Shown here piece after piece: positions 27,822 to 36,478 of a stretch of DNA of 64,000 nucleotides. Under the pieces are notes generated by a model that was given only the letters and a program-made list of their open reading frames with translations, did no database searches and was not told the DNA's origin. Each line of letters starts with the position of its first letter. The stretch's first letter is position 1. The position numbers and the translations under genes were made by a program. The DNA is from Patescibacteria group bacterium (GTDB taxonomy: Bacteria; Patescibacteriota; Minisyncoccia; Moranbacterales; UBA2206): NCBI GenBank assembly GCA_030837625.1, contig JAUPKF010000004.1, positions 1,075-65,074 on the forward strand, read 5' to 3'.

Positions 27822-29501
27822 TCATTTCAAAACGCCGGCGTTGGAAAGAGCCATGGAAGCGTGAATGGCGAAAACTTCATAGAATTCCAACTCGTGCGAT
27901 TCCATGCCGGATTTATCCTTAAAACCCAAGAATATAAAACCTTTTAGTTTTTTCTCGGATTTGAGCGGCAAAGCCAGAAAGTATCTCAGTTTTTTATCCG
28001 GATTCGCCCAAGTCAGATCATTTTTTTTGAAATATCCTTTAGTAACCGATTTTTCTCTTATCAAAGTTTTCATCATCTGACATTTTTTTGAAGAAATCTT
28101 GCCCATATTTTTTTTGTTTTTGGCGCTTGCTCCTTCCGCGCACAAGAGCCGAAATTCGCCGCTCTTGTCCCGAAGATAAATCAAACCAATGTCCGCTTCG
28201 GAGAAGCTCATAGCCGAATACAGAATATAAAAAGCCAGCTCTTTTTTCTTTTTTCTTCTCACGTGACGCTCCAGATCCAGAAGGAAGGATATCTTCCTAT
28301 TGATCGTTCCCACATGCCGGTACGACTCAATCAGCCGATCTTCCGATTTTTTTTGACTCTCCCTCATCCGAGTCATGCCGACTCCGAAAGCCAAGTCATT
28401 CGCCAGCTCTTCAAGAAGCTTCACCTCGTCCTTATCAAAAGAATTTATTTCCGCCGAGTAAATTGTCAGCGAGCCGAAAACTTTACCGGAAGATTTCAAC
28501 GGAAGCGCGATGGAACAGCGGTAGCCGCGTTTCAGAGCCTGATCCCTCCAAGGAAGCAAATCCTCGTCCGTTAGAAAGTCTTTCCCTAGAATAGTGCGGC
28601 CTGTCCGGATGGATGTGCCGGTCGGTCCCCGGCCTTTGACGGTTTCATCCGACCAAGAAACGTTGGCGGTTTTGAGATAGCCGTCTTCAAACCCCTTTTG
28701 CGCTATGGCCTTAACGCTTTTATACTCATCCTCTTCGGCGCTTCCCACCCAAGCCATGCGGTATCCCCCCGTTTCCACGATAATCTTGCAAATGCTGTCC
28801 AGAAGTTCCTTTTCATTCTCAATGTGGATAAGCGTATGGTTGCACTGACTCAGCATTTTCAAAGCGCGATTGGCTCTTTCCAGTCCGTCTTGATGACTGA
28901 ATTTGTTGATAGCCGCGCCGATAAGCGGAGTCATTTCCTCCAAAAATTCCACCGTTTCCAGGGGAACTTTGTTTTTTCTCTTGTCGGCGATATGGATCGC
29001 CCCCAGAATTTTTTGATGGTAACGGATGGGAATTATGGAAATCGACATGAAACCGCGGCAAACGCAAACGCCACGGAACCGCTCTTTCTGTTCTTCGGAA
29101 AGGCCTTGCAAAAATTTCAAGGTATTGCCAGAAGAAAACGAGCCGGCTCGCGTCATCGCGACCATATCCTGCGGCTCCGGTTTTCCCGTCACCACCCGAA
29201 TGCAGGCGCAATGGTCTTTTCTCACCGACAGCCAGTTTTCCGATTCCCAAAATTCTTTGTCAAAACCGACGTAGGCTTCGTAAGGAATGCGCCCGTCCTT
29301 GTCCAAAATCCGCAAGCCGACATATTTCGCGCCGGTCCAGGATTGGATAAGTTTCACGACTTCGTCCAAATAGGTTTTTCTGGAAATTTCTTCTCCCAGA
29401 AGCTCCAAAAGACGGTTCTTGGCGCTCACCATCTTCAAAGGCTCATCCGCGCTTTTTTCCTGGTCGCTATTATTTTTTTCCGCTTCCCTCCTCCCAGCCA
29501 T
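27822..29501 (-). CDS. Multi-GAF-domain protein without a recognisable output domain
   Basis: 559 aa with three successive GAF-like modules. No kinase, GGDEF or HTH segment detected. Confidence 0.6.
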   Translation of the reverse strand: MAGRREAEKNNSDQEKSADEPLKMVSAKNRLLELLGEEISRKTYLDEVVKLIQSWTGAKYVGLRILDKDGRIPYEAYVGFDKEFWESENWLSVRKDHCACIRVVTGKPEPQDMVAMTRAGSFSSGNTLKFLQGLSEEQKERFRGVCVCRGFMSISIIPIRYHQKILGAIHIADKRKNKVPLETVEFLEEMTPLIGAAINKFSHQDGLERANRALKMLSQCNHTLIHIENEKELLDSICKIIVETGGYRMAWVGSAEEDEYKSVKAIAQKGFEDGYLKTANVSWSDETVKGRGPTGTSIRTGRTILGKDFLTDEDLLPWRDQALKRGYRCSIALPLKSSGKVFGSLTIYSAEINSFDKDEVKLLEELANDLAFGVGMTRMRESQKKSEDRLIESYRHVGTINRKISFLLDLERHVRRKKKKELAFYILYSAMSFSEADIGLIYLRDKSGEFRLLCAEGASAKNKKNMGKISSKKCQMMKTLIREKSVTKGYFKKNDLTWANPDKKLRYFLALPLKSEKKLKGFIFLGFKDKSGMESHELEFYEVFAIHASMALSNAGVLK

Positions 29502-29862
29502 TGTTTTATATCTTCTAAATTTCTAGTTTAGCTAATACTACCAGTGCCCCCAAATAATGTCAACAAGCATTGACATTTTAAAAAACAGGCTGCCCGCGCC
29601 TGCTTTGAAAAAAGATACCCGATAAATTTGATTATTTTTTCAACTTCTTCACCGTCTTAGGCATCGCTATCGTTTTCGTGACGTCAGCAAAATGATCAGG
29701 AGCCTTTTATTCAGCTTTTTATAGATGAAAACAGAGTTTGACAAATAGCTAAAGTCATTATACCATAGCACTTCAGTTCTTTTCGTTTTAAATAGGCAAC
29801 AACTGGCCAAAAACCATCTGAAATATAACAGAACTTTCACTTGAATTCAGAAGGAGAAAAGC

Positions 29863-30645
29863 ATGGAAGATTGGAAAGAGTTTCCGTTGGGTTATGTCAT
29901 GGAGCCGAAAAAAAAATTCGATCATCTCGGCGTTCACAAGAAATCTTTGAACATTCCTGATATAACGTCGGGACTTTTCGAGGGTGCGCCAAGCGTACGC
30001 TGGGTTACCAACAAGTATGGCCTGGCGCATCAAGTCGGTCAATATTACCCGTCCAACGTTATTGAGGTTTTCGTCTGCCTCAAGGGCTGGGCGCAAATCG
30101 ACATGCATTCCAAGGAGCGCTGTGGCACAATCGTCCTCAACTCCGATGAGAAAATGGGTCTTATCGTTAACTGGGAGATTCACCGTGCCATAACGCTTTC
30201 TTCTGATGGTATGCTGATGATTCTGGCTTCTGATAAGGCTGACCATGACCTGGTCAAAATGCTTCCATTGCCTGTTTCCTGTCGGTGCAAGGAAGTAGGA
30301 CCTGACGGGAAGCCGAGTTCTGACAAAGTCCAGATGATTATGACTGAACTCAAGCAGTCTATCAAGGACTGCTACGGCGATAGAGCGCTCAGCGATTGGA
30401 TATACCGTCTGAAAATCGACGGCGTCACAATCCCCGAAACCTGGCGAGAGCGTTGGGGTAGCTACTTTCACGGCGTGGGCATGGCTCTCTGCAATTTCCC
30501 TGAGTGTAACGACTTCGACGGCAAAACTCATCAGGGATATATCCTCAAAGAGCTGAAAGAGTGCTTGCTTTCCGGAGTTTTCCCCAGCGAAACGCTCCGC
30601 ATCGACGGAAGTTGGTACGTCTTTGCCGACGATAGCCACTGCTAA
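29863..30645 (+). CDS. Hypothetical protein, possibly cupin-like
   Basis: 260 aa. One of only four plus-strand genes. Noticeably higher GC than its neighbours. Own sigma70-like promoter (TTGACA around 29735) and own terminator. Confidence 0.55.
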   Translation: MEDWKEFPLGYVMEPKKKFDHLGVHKKSLNIPDITSGLFEGAPSVRWVTNKYGLAHQVGQYYPSNVIEVFVCLKGWAQIDMHSKERCGTIVLNSDEKMGLIVNWEIHRAITLSSDGMLMILASDKADHDLVKMLPLPVSCRCKEVGPDGKPSSDKVQMIMTELKQSIKDCYGDRALSDWIYRLKIDGVTIPETWRERWGSYFHGVGMALCNFPECNDFDGKTHQGYILKELKECLLSGVFPSETLRIDGSWYVFADDSHC

Positions 30646-30682
30646 ATCAGTTTCAAGAGATAGCAATCCTGCGAAACAAAAA

Positions 30683-30722
30683 CGCCCCGCGCTTCGAAAG
30701 AAGTCGCGGGGCATTTTTATTT
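30683..30722 (+). terminator. Intrinsic terminator of the 29863..30645 gene
   Basis: gccccgcgcttcgaaagaagtcgcggggc followed by atttttatttc. Confidence 0.7.
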
Positions 30723-30775
30723 CTGGAAATTTTTTATGCGGCGAGGTAAGAAATCGATTACTTACCTGGAAATTG

Positions 30776-30847
30776 TTGGGGAGGAGGGATTCGAACCCCC
30801 GCATGATAGGACCAGAACCTATTGCCTTACCGCTTGGCTACTCCCCA
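30776..30847 (-). tRNA. tRNA-Gln (anticodon CTG)
   Basis: Minus strand folds as TGGGGAG-TA-GCC-AAGCGGTAA-GGC-A-ATAGG-TTCTGGT-CCTAT-CATGC-GGGGG-TTCGAAT-CCCTC-CTCCCCA-A. The D-loop GCCAAGCGGTAAGGC is typical of tRNA-Gln. Confidence 0.85.
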
Positions 30848-30968
30848 GGGCAGTATTCGGTATATAGTATATAGTATTTGGCATTTAACATCAAGTTGCC
30901 CATTAAAATACAAAAAAGCACCTTAAATGCTTTCTAAATACTAAATACTAAATACTAGATACAAGCTA

Positions 30969-31877
30969 CTAAATCCTCAAATACTTTCTCATCGCGATGA
31001 TACTACTGAAGATTCCCAAGAATGTTCCGATTGCCAATTGCATGCCAAGAAGCAGGGCGAAATTTTTGAGATAAAAACTAAATAAGTTCTCCGGCAATAC
31101 CACCGACGGAAAATATTGGGCGGTAAAGCGGACGGAAAGAAACAGAAGCCCCATTGAGATAACGGAAGCAATCGCGCCGTAAATAATCCCTTCGAAGATA
31201 AACGGCAGACGGATGAAAGTATTGGAAGCGCCAACCAGACGCATCACTTCTATTTCCTGGCGATGAGTGTAGATGGTGATTCGGATGGTATTGAAAATAA
31301 TCAAGATGGAGATTCCCGCCAAAAGCACCGCCAATATCGATCCTATTTTTTTGATTTCCGCCACTATCCGGTTCAACTTTTCAATTATCTCCTTGTTCTT
31401 CCCATAATTCACCCGGCTAATATCTTCCTTGAAAGACGCCTCCGCCAAATAGGCAGACACGGATTCATATTGGTCCGGGCTTTTAGCTTTCACCACTAAA
31501 GAAGCCAGAAGCGGGTTTTCACCCAATTCCTCCAAAGATTTGACGATTGCCGGCTCATTAACGTTGTTGCTTTTGAAATCCTCCAGGGCTTTTTCTTTGG
31601 AAACATATTCAACCGACGCCACTTCCGAATAACTCTCCAGATCGATCTTCGCTTTCGAAATATTTTCCTCGGAAACATCGGATTTGAAATATATGCTGAC
31701 ATTGACTCTCTCCTGGACGTTTCTCAAAATGTTACTGCCGGTTTCGGTGATCACAAAGAGAACGCTGATGGTAAACAGCGAAAAAATCATCACGCTCACC
31801 GCCGCGACAGAAAGCCAGCCATTCCGCCAAAAATTTCTAAAACTCTCCCTAATTGTCCTGCCTAAAACTAAAAACAT
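30969..31877 (-). CDS. ftsX: Cell-division ABC transporter permease FtsX
   Basis: 302 aa. N-terminal TM, large periplasmic loop, three C-terminal TMs. Follows ftsE. Confidence 0.85.
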   Translation of the reverse strand: MFLVLGRTIRESFRNFWRNGWLSVAAVSVMIFSLFTISVLFVITETGSNILRNVQERVNVSIYFKSDVSEENISKAKIDLESYSEVASVEYVSKEKALEDFKSNNVNEPAIVKSLEELGENPLLASLVVKAKSPDQYESVSAYLAEASFKEDISRVNYGKNKEIIEKLNRIVAEIKKIGSILAVLLAGISILIIFNTIRITIYTHRQEIEVMRLVGASNTFIRLPFIFEGIIYGAIASVISMGLLFLSVRFTAQYFPSVVLPENLFSFYLKNFALLLGMQLAIGTFLGIFSSIIAMRKYLRI

Positions 31878-31894
31878 AAATATTCCCGATGCGA

Positions 31895-32010
31895 ATCAAC
31901 GAATTATATCCGAATCTACAAATAGCGCTCGCTCGTACCTTCCTTCGGAAACTGCCTCAATATTATTCGTAAATTCGCATTCATTCGTTGATTCGAATCG
32001 GTTTTTTAAC
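31895..32010. repeat. ATTCG-type palindromic intergenic element (ftsE-ftsX spacer)
   Basis: Terminal inverted repeats gatgcgaatcaacgaatta and attcgttgattcgaatcg. Inner atccgaatctacaaata and attattcgtaaattcgc match other copies. Confidence 0.6.
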
Positions 32011-32803
32011 ACATTTTATATTTCCCTCTGGCGTCGTCGCAAACGACGCGTCCGCGCTCCAAAACAATCACCCTTTTGGCCGCCTTATTGACAACTTCCC
32101 GGTCATGACTAGCTAAAATAACGGTTGTTCCCAATTTATTGATCTTGAGAAGCAGTTTCACAATTTCAAGCGACGCTACTGGATCCAAATTCCCCGTCGG
32201 TTCGTCCGCGATAATCACGATGGGCTTGTGGATGAGCGCCCGCGCCATAACCACTTTCTGTTGTTCCCCGCCGGAAAGTTCATGCGGATATTTTTCCATC
32301 TTGTCGGAAAGGCCGACGATGTCCAAAATTTGCGGCACGTCTTCCATAATTTCATCCGTCGGCGCGCCGGAAACTTCCATAGCGTAAGCCACGTTCTCAA
32401 AAGCGGTTTTTTTCGGCAAAAGTTTGAAATCCTGAAAAACCGTTCCAATTCTTCTTCGATGAAACGGCAACTTCCTCCGACTGATGCCGGAAAGCGGCTT
32501 ACCTTCGAAATACACTTCCCCTCCAGTCGGCATTTCTTCGGCATAGATAAGCTTGAGAAAGGTTGATTTTCCCGCTCCGCTGGCTCCGACAATCGACACG
32601 AACTCGCCTTCCTGAATTTCCAGACTGATATCTTCCAGCGCCGCAAAATCGCTGCCGAAAACCTTTTTGACATTGTCAAACTTGATAATCACTCCGTCAT
32701 CTATCTTTCTCTCTTCCATTTCCGCCGCCTCGACCATTTCGTCCGTTCCTGATTCCATTTGATTAATATTTTCTTCGTCTAATATTTCTTCTCGCTTTTC
32801 CAT
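32006..32803 (-). CDS. ftsE: Cell-division ATP-binding protein FtsE, with acidic N-terminal extension
   Basis: Walker A GASGAGKST, signature LSGGEQQKVVMARAL, Walker B IIADEPTGNLD. Adjacent to ftsX. Confidence 0.9.
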   Translation of the reverse strand: MEKREEILDEENINQMESGTDEMVEAAEMEERKIDDGVIIKFDNVKKVFGSDFAALEDISLEIQEGEFVSIVGASGAGKSTFLKLIYAEEMPTGGEVYFEGKPLSGISRRKLPFHRRRIGTVFQDFKLLPKKTAFENVAYAMEVSGAPTDEIMEDVPQILDIVGLSDKMEKYPHELSGGEQQKVVMARALIHKPIVIIADEPTGNLDPVASLEIVKLLLKINKLGTTVILASHDREVVNKAAKRVIVLERGRVVCDDARGKYKMC

Positions 32804-32847
32804 GAAAAAATTTGTTTTCTAAAATATCGCACTGTTTAAATTATACA

Positions 32848-33949
32848 CTATTTCTTAATATACCTCAAGTAGCTTTCCGCAAAACTATTAATATCTCCAT
32901 TCAAAACTCCTTCCGTGTCGGATGTTTCGTATTTCGTCCGATGGTCTTTCACCATTTTATATGGATGAATAACATACGACCTTATTTGACTGCCCCATTC
33001 GGCGCTAACCGCCTCCCCGCGCAACTTTTTCTTTTCCGCTTCCTGCTCTTCCAAATATTTCCGGTGCAGTTTGGCTTTCAAAATTTTCATCGCCTGTTCC
33101 TTGTTTTGCATCTGACTCCGCTCGTTTTGGCAGCTGGCGACTGTGTTGGTCGGGATATGAGTTATCCGCACGGCGCTGTCGGTCGTGTTAACGCTTTGTC
33201 CGCCGGCGCCCGATGAACGGAAAACGTCCACCCGGATATCCTGCGGCCGAATCTCCACTTCTTTCAAGTCTTCTATGACCGGCAAAACTTCCACTAAAGC
33301 AAAAGATGTCTGGCGAAGATTGTCGGAATTGAATGGGGAAAGCCGCACTAGCCGATGCACCCCTGCTTCACTTTTTAAGTTTCCATAAGAATACGCGCCA
33401 GACACTTCCATTGTCACGTTCTTTATCCCAGCTTCCTGCCCCCGCGACTCGTCCACCACTCGCGCTTTGAAATTATTTTTTTCCGCGAAGCGCAAATACA
33501 TCCGCATCAGCATCTCCGCCCAATCCTGCGCGTCCGCTCCTCCGGCTCCCGAATAAATGGAAAGGATAACATCATTGCGGTCATACTCGCCGTCGAAAAG
33601 AGTCTTGAATTCCAAGTCATTCACAACCTTTTCTATAATGCCAACTTCTTTTTCAAGCTCGCCCGCCGAAGCCTTGGCGAAGGCAGGGTCGCCCTCCGCC
33701 ATCTCCGCCATTTCCGCCGCGTCCGCCAATTTTTTTTCGATATCTTTGATTTCCGCGATTTCCTTTTTGAGCTCTTCCATTTCTTGCATTACTCCGCCGG
33801 CCTTTTTTGGATCATCCCAAAAATCAGCTTCCGCGGCTTCCCGCGTCAAGTCCGCAATTTTCCGCGCCTTACTAGGAAAGTCAAAGATAGTCCCGAATGG
33901 TCGGGATTTTAGATTTCAATTCTCTTATCTTTTCTTGAAGCTCTTTCAT
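32848..33949 (-). CDS. prfB: Peptide chain release factor 2, with programmed +1 ribosomal frameshift
   Basis: GGQ motif (GAGGQSVNTT) and RF2-specific SPF (SPFNSDN). The upstream frame MKELQEKIRELKSKIPTIRDYL ends at the canonical CTT TGA C shift site (plus 33880..33886). A +1 shift joins the 333-aa ORF. Confidence 0.85.
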
Positions 33950-34104
33950 AATAAATAAACCGATTGCTTTAAAACAAAATTAAAATCAAAATGTAAATTT
34001 CAAAAATCAAAATGACAAATCAAAATATAAAATGTTTTTATAATTTTAAATTTTACATTGTCATTTTTATTTTTGATTTTTGATTTTTTCATTGATAAAA
34101 ACAG

Positions 34105-34854
34105 CTATTCTAAAACCAAAAGGCTCGCCATCACTCCCACTCCCGCGACAAACGCCAGAATCTGCCCGATGGTTTTTTTGATGGCCGTGTGTTTGTGAAG
34201 TTCAGGAATGAGGTCGGTACCGGCGATGTAGATAAAACCTCCGGCCGCGAAAGGCACGAGAATTTTGGCCATATTTTCCGAATTGAAACTCAAAAGCAAA
34301 ACCAGCATCGCGCCCAAAACCGCCGAAAGAGCCGTCAAGAAATTATACAGCAAAGCTTTGGATCTGGAAAATCCGCCGTAAATCAAAGAGCTGAAATCTC
34401 CGATCTCCTGGGGAATTTCGTGGAAAACCACCGCCACGGTCGTGGCCACGCCGACGGGAAAAGAAATGATGTAGCCGGCGGCAATAATCAGTCCGTCGAT
34501 AAAATTATGAATAACGTCGCCGAAAAGTATCACGTAGGAAAAGGGATGTGGATGGTCTTCGCACGGCTCCTCGTGGCAATGCCGCCAACGAATGGCTTTT
34601 TCCAAGATGAAGAACAGGAGAATTCCGCTAATAAGCAAGAAGGAAACCGTCGTAGGATTATTTTCCTCATAAGCTTCCGGGATGAGATGCAAAAAAGCGT
34701 CCCCCATCAGCGTCCCGGCCGCGAAACTCACCAGATAAATCAGCCAGCGGAAAAGTTTTTTCTGGTCGAAAGACAGCGTAAAAACTCCGACCAAGGAAAT
34801 CAGACTGACTGCGACAACAGAGACAATTGTATAAAACCAGACGCTTGCCATCAT
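34105..34854 (-). CDS. ZIP-family zinc/iron permease (ZupT-like)
   Basis: 249 aa, eight TMs, His-rich loop HCHEEPCEDHPHP, motifs HNFIDGLIIAAGY and HEIPQEIGDF. Confidence 0.85.
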   Translation of the reverse strand: MMASVWFYTIVSVVAVSLISLVGVFTLSFDQKKLFRWLIYLVSFAAGTLMGDAFLHLIPEAYEENNPTTVSFLLISGILLFFILEKAIRWRHCHEEPCEDHPHPFSYVILFGDVIHNFIDGLIIAAGYIISFPVGVATTVAVVFHEIPQEIGDFSSLIYGGFSRSKALLYNFLTALSAVLGAMLVLLLSFNSENMAKILVPFAAGGFIYIAGTDLIPELHKHTAIKKTIGQILAFVAGVGVMASLLVLE

Positions 34855-34875
34855 CTTCTTCGTTAAAACATTGTT

Positions 34876-35859
34876 TTATCCTACAAGACCACTGACTACT
34901 TTTTCCAAGGCTTGGGATGAATATTGAGGATACTCTCTTTCAATCTTGTCCAATCCATTCCTGGAAAGTAAGAGAATATTTTTCAATTCAGGACTCGCCA
35001 CAGAAAGGACGCGAGAGTCTCGATAGCGAAAGAAAGAAACTATGTATGGTTTAAGTTCAGCTGATTCTTGAAAAATATTTTCCGCTTGGGAATGGGTAAA
35101 GTTGGCAGCATATTTCTCCACTTCTGAAAGCGCCTGAATAAACACATCCTCAAATCCTGCATCCTCTCCTTTTCTACTGCTATGTTTTTCAAAAGATACA
35201 CTGTCCTTTTTGCTCTTACTCTTTCTTTTGAAACCAATATCGAAAGTAAACAATCTTCCAAAAATAACCACCAAAGCCAGCGCCACAAGAATCGCCGCTG
35301 CCGCATATGTCCAGGGAGCATAAAATTTCCAAAGATATATTATTTTATAGTAAAACGCCTGCCAGATATTGGCTGGGATAACGGTGAAATATAGTTTGGC
35401 GGCGGCGGCAATTCCGATTACCGCTCCTTCGGAGTTTTCACTTGTCTTGGCCGGACTGGCTTCCACATAAGCAAAATATTTCCCTGGTTCCAGCTTAACC
35501 GGAAGACGGAGCGTAACTTGAACGACTTGAGTTTCTCCGGGGCCCAAATCAAATTCCCGCGGGCCAAATTCGAACCATTCCTTTTGCGGACGATGTTCCG
35601 GCACTCCCTCATGATATTGAATGCCAACTGAATAGGCGGAAGCCTCGTCCCCCGTATTCCGGACGGTGAGAGATGGCATAGAATATATTCCTCCGGGTTT
35701 TAAATCTTCATTGAGTTCAATCTTAGCCGTTCCCACCCCCACTCCGATCTTAGCGAAAGAAATTTTAGCAAAAAAAATTCCCCAAACAAAAAAAGCGGCA
35801 AAAACAACGAAAGAAATTAATGACCGCTTGTTCATAAATTTTCCATTTCTCAAAATCAA
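34876..35859 (-). CDS. Bitopic membrane protein: signal/anchor, beta-sandwich-like ectodomain, TM, cytoplasmic tail
   Basis: 327 aa. N-terminal hydrophobic segment, beta-rich 150-aa domain, central TM YAAAAILVALALVVIFG, then a 130-aa polar tail. Confidence 0.5.
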   Translation of the reverse strand: MILRNGKFMNKRSLISFVVFAAFFVWGIFFAKISFAKIGVGVGTAKIELNEDLKPGGIYSMPSLTVRNTGDEASAYSVGIQYHEGVPEHRPQKEWFEFGPREFDLGPGETQVVQVTLRLPVKLEPGKYFAYVEASPAKTSENSEGAVIGIAAAAKLYFTVIPANIWQAFYYKIIYLWKFYAPWTYAAAAILVALALVVIFGRLFTFDIGFKRKSKSKKDSVSFEKHSSRKGEDAGFEDVFIQALSEVEKYAANFTHSQAENIFQESAELKPYIVSFFRYRDSRVLSVASPELKNILLLSRNGLDKIEREYPQYSSQALEKVVSGLVG

Positions 35860-35861
35860 AT

Positions 35862-36452
35862 CTATTGATAGTAAACCGCCTGAACAGTAACTGTGGCCGT
35901 TTGTTGGGTATAGGTGGCGGTTGTTGTCGGAGTTCCGATTTCCAAATCAAAAACTTGGTTTCCAGTATCAGCCACGTCGTTGGATAATTGTTGGTAGTTG
36001 GTTGTAAGCGCCGTCCAGCTCGGCGTAGTATCGCAAGTAGTGGTGCAAAATTTATGGGTATAATTTTCCGCTCCGGCCGTTCCGGCAAGTGTCCACGCGG
36101 CTGTGTTGAAGCCGCGGACATTGAAGTCCTCCGTTACGTTTCCATCATTGTCAGCCGTTTGAGAGTCGTTCACTCCGGAAGAAGTTGTGTCTTCCGTAGT
36201 GCTCGTCGCAATTGTTCCATAGGAAACCGCTCCATCGGTAACCGCCACGGAAATACTTTGCGCCGTTACTGTCGCCGTCACATCCCCTGTCTGCGCCGCC
36301 CTTACTGAAACAGCCATAAAAATGGCCGCCACGACACAAACGCCGATCTTTAGAAAATAATTTTTCATTATTTTGCTTTTTGTTTTCCCTTGAATAAATC
36401 CCTTTTTGTATAATTCTATCATATTAGAAATAATACACAAGGCAACAAGCAA
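35862..36452 (-). CDS. Small secreted protein sharing a C-terminal domain with the 983-aa surface protein
   Basis: Signal peptide with AxA site (SVRA-AQ). The last 130 aa are colinear with the C-terminus of 36479..39430 through NDGNVTEDFNV / NDGNVAENFNI, GTAG, QVFDLEIGTP / QDFDLKIGTP, TATVTVQAV. Confidence 0.6.
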   Translation of the reverse strand: MLVALCIISNMIELYKKGFIQGKTKSKIMKNYFLKIGVCVVAAIFMAVSVRAAQTGDVTATVTAQSISVAVTDGAVSYGTIATSTTEDTTSSGVNDSQTADNDGNVTEDFNVRGFNTAAWTLAGTAGAENYTHKFCTTTCDTTPSWTALTTNYQQLSNDVADTGNQVFDLEIGTPTTTATYTQQTATVTVQAVYYQ

Positions 36453-36478
36453 ATAAATTATCCACAGTCAGGAAATAT

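Noticed and set aside
34189-34866. 225-aa plus-strand ORF antisense to the ZIP transporter
   Set aside because: Shadow ORF of a clear eight-TM ZIP permease.
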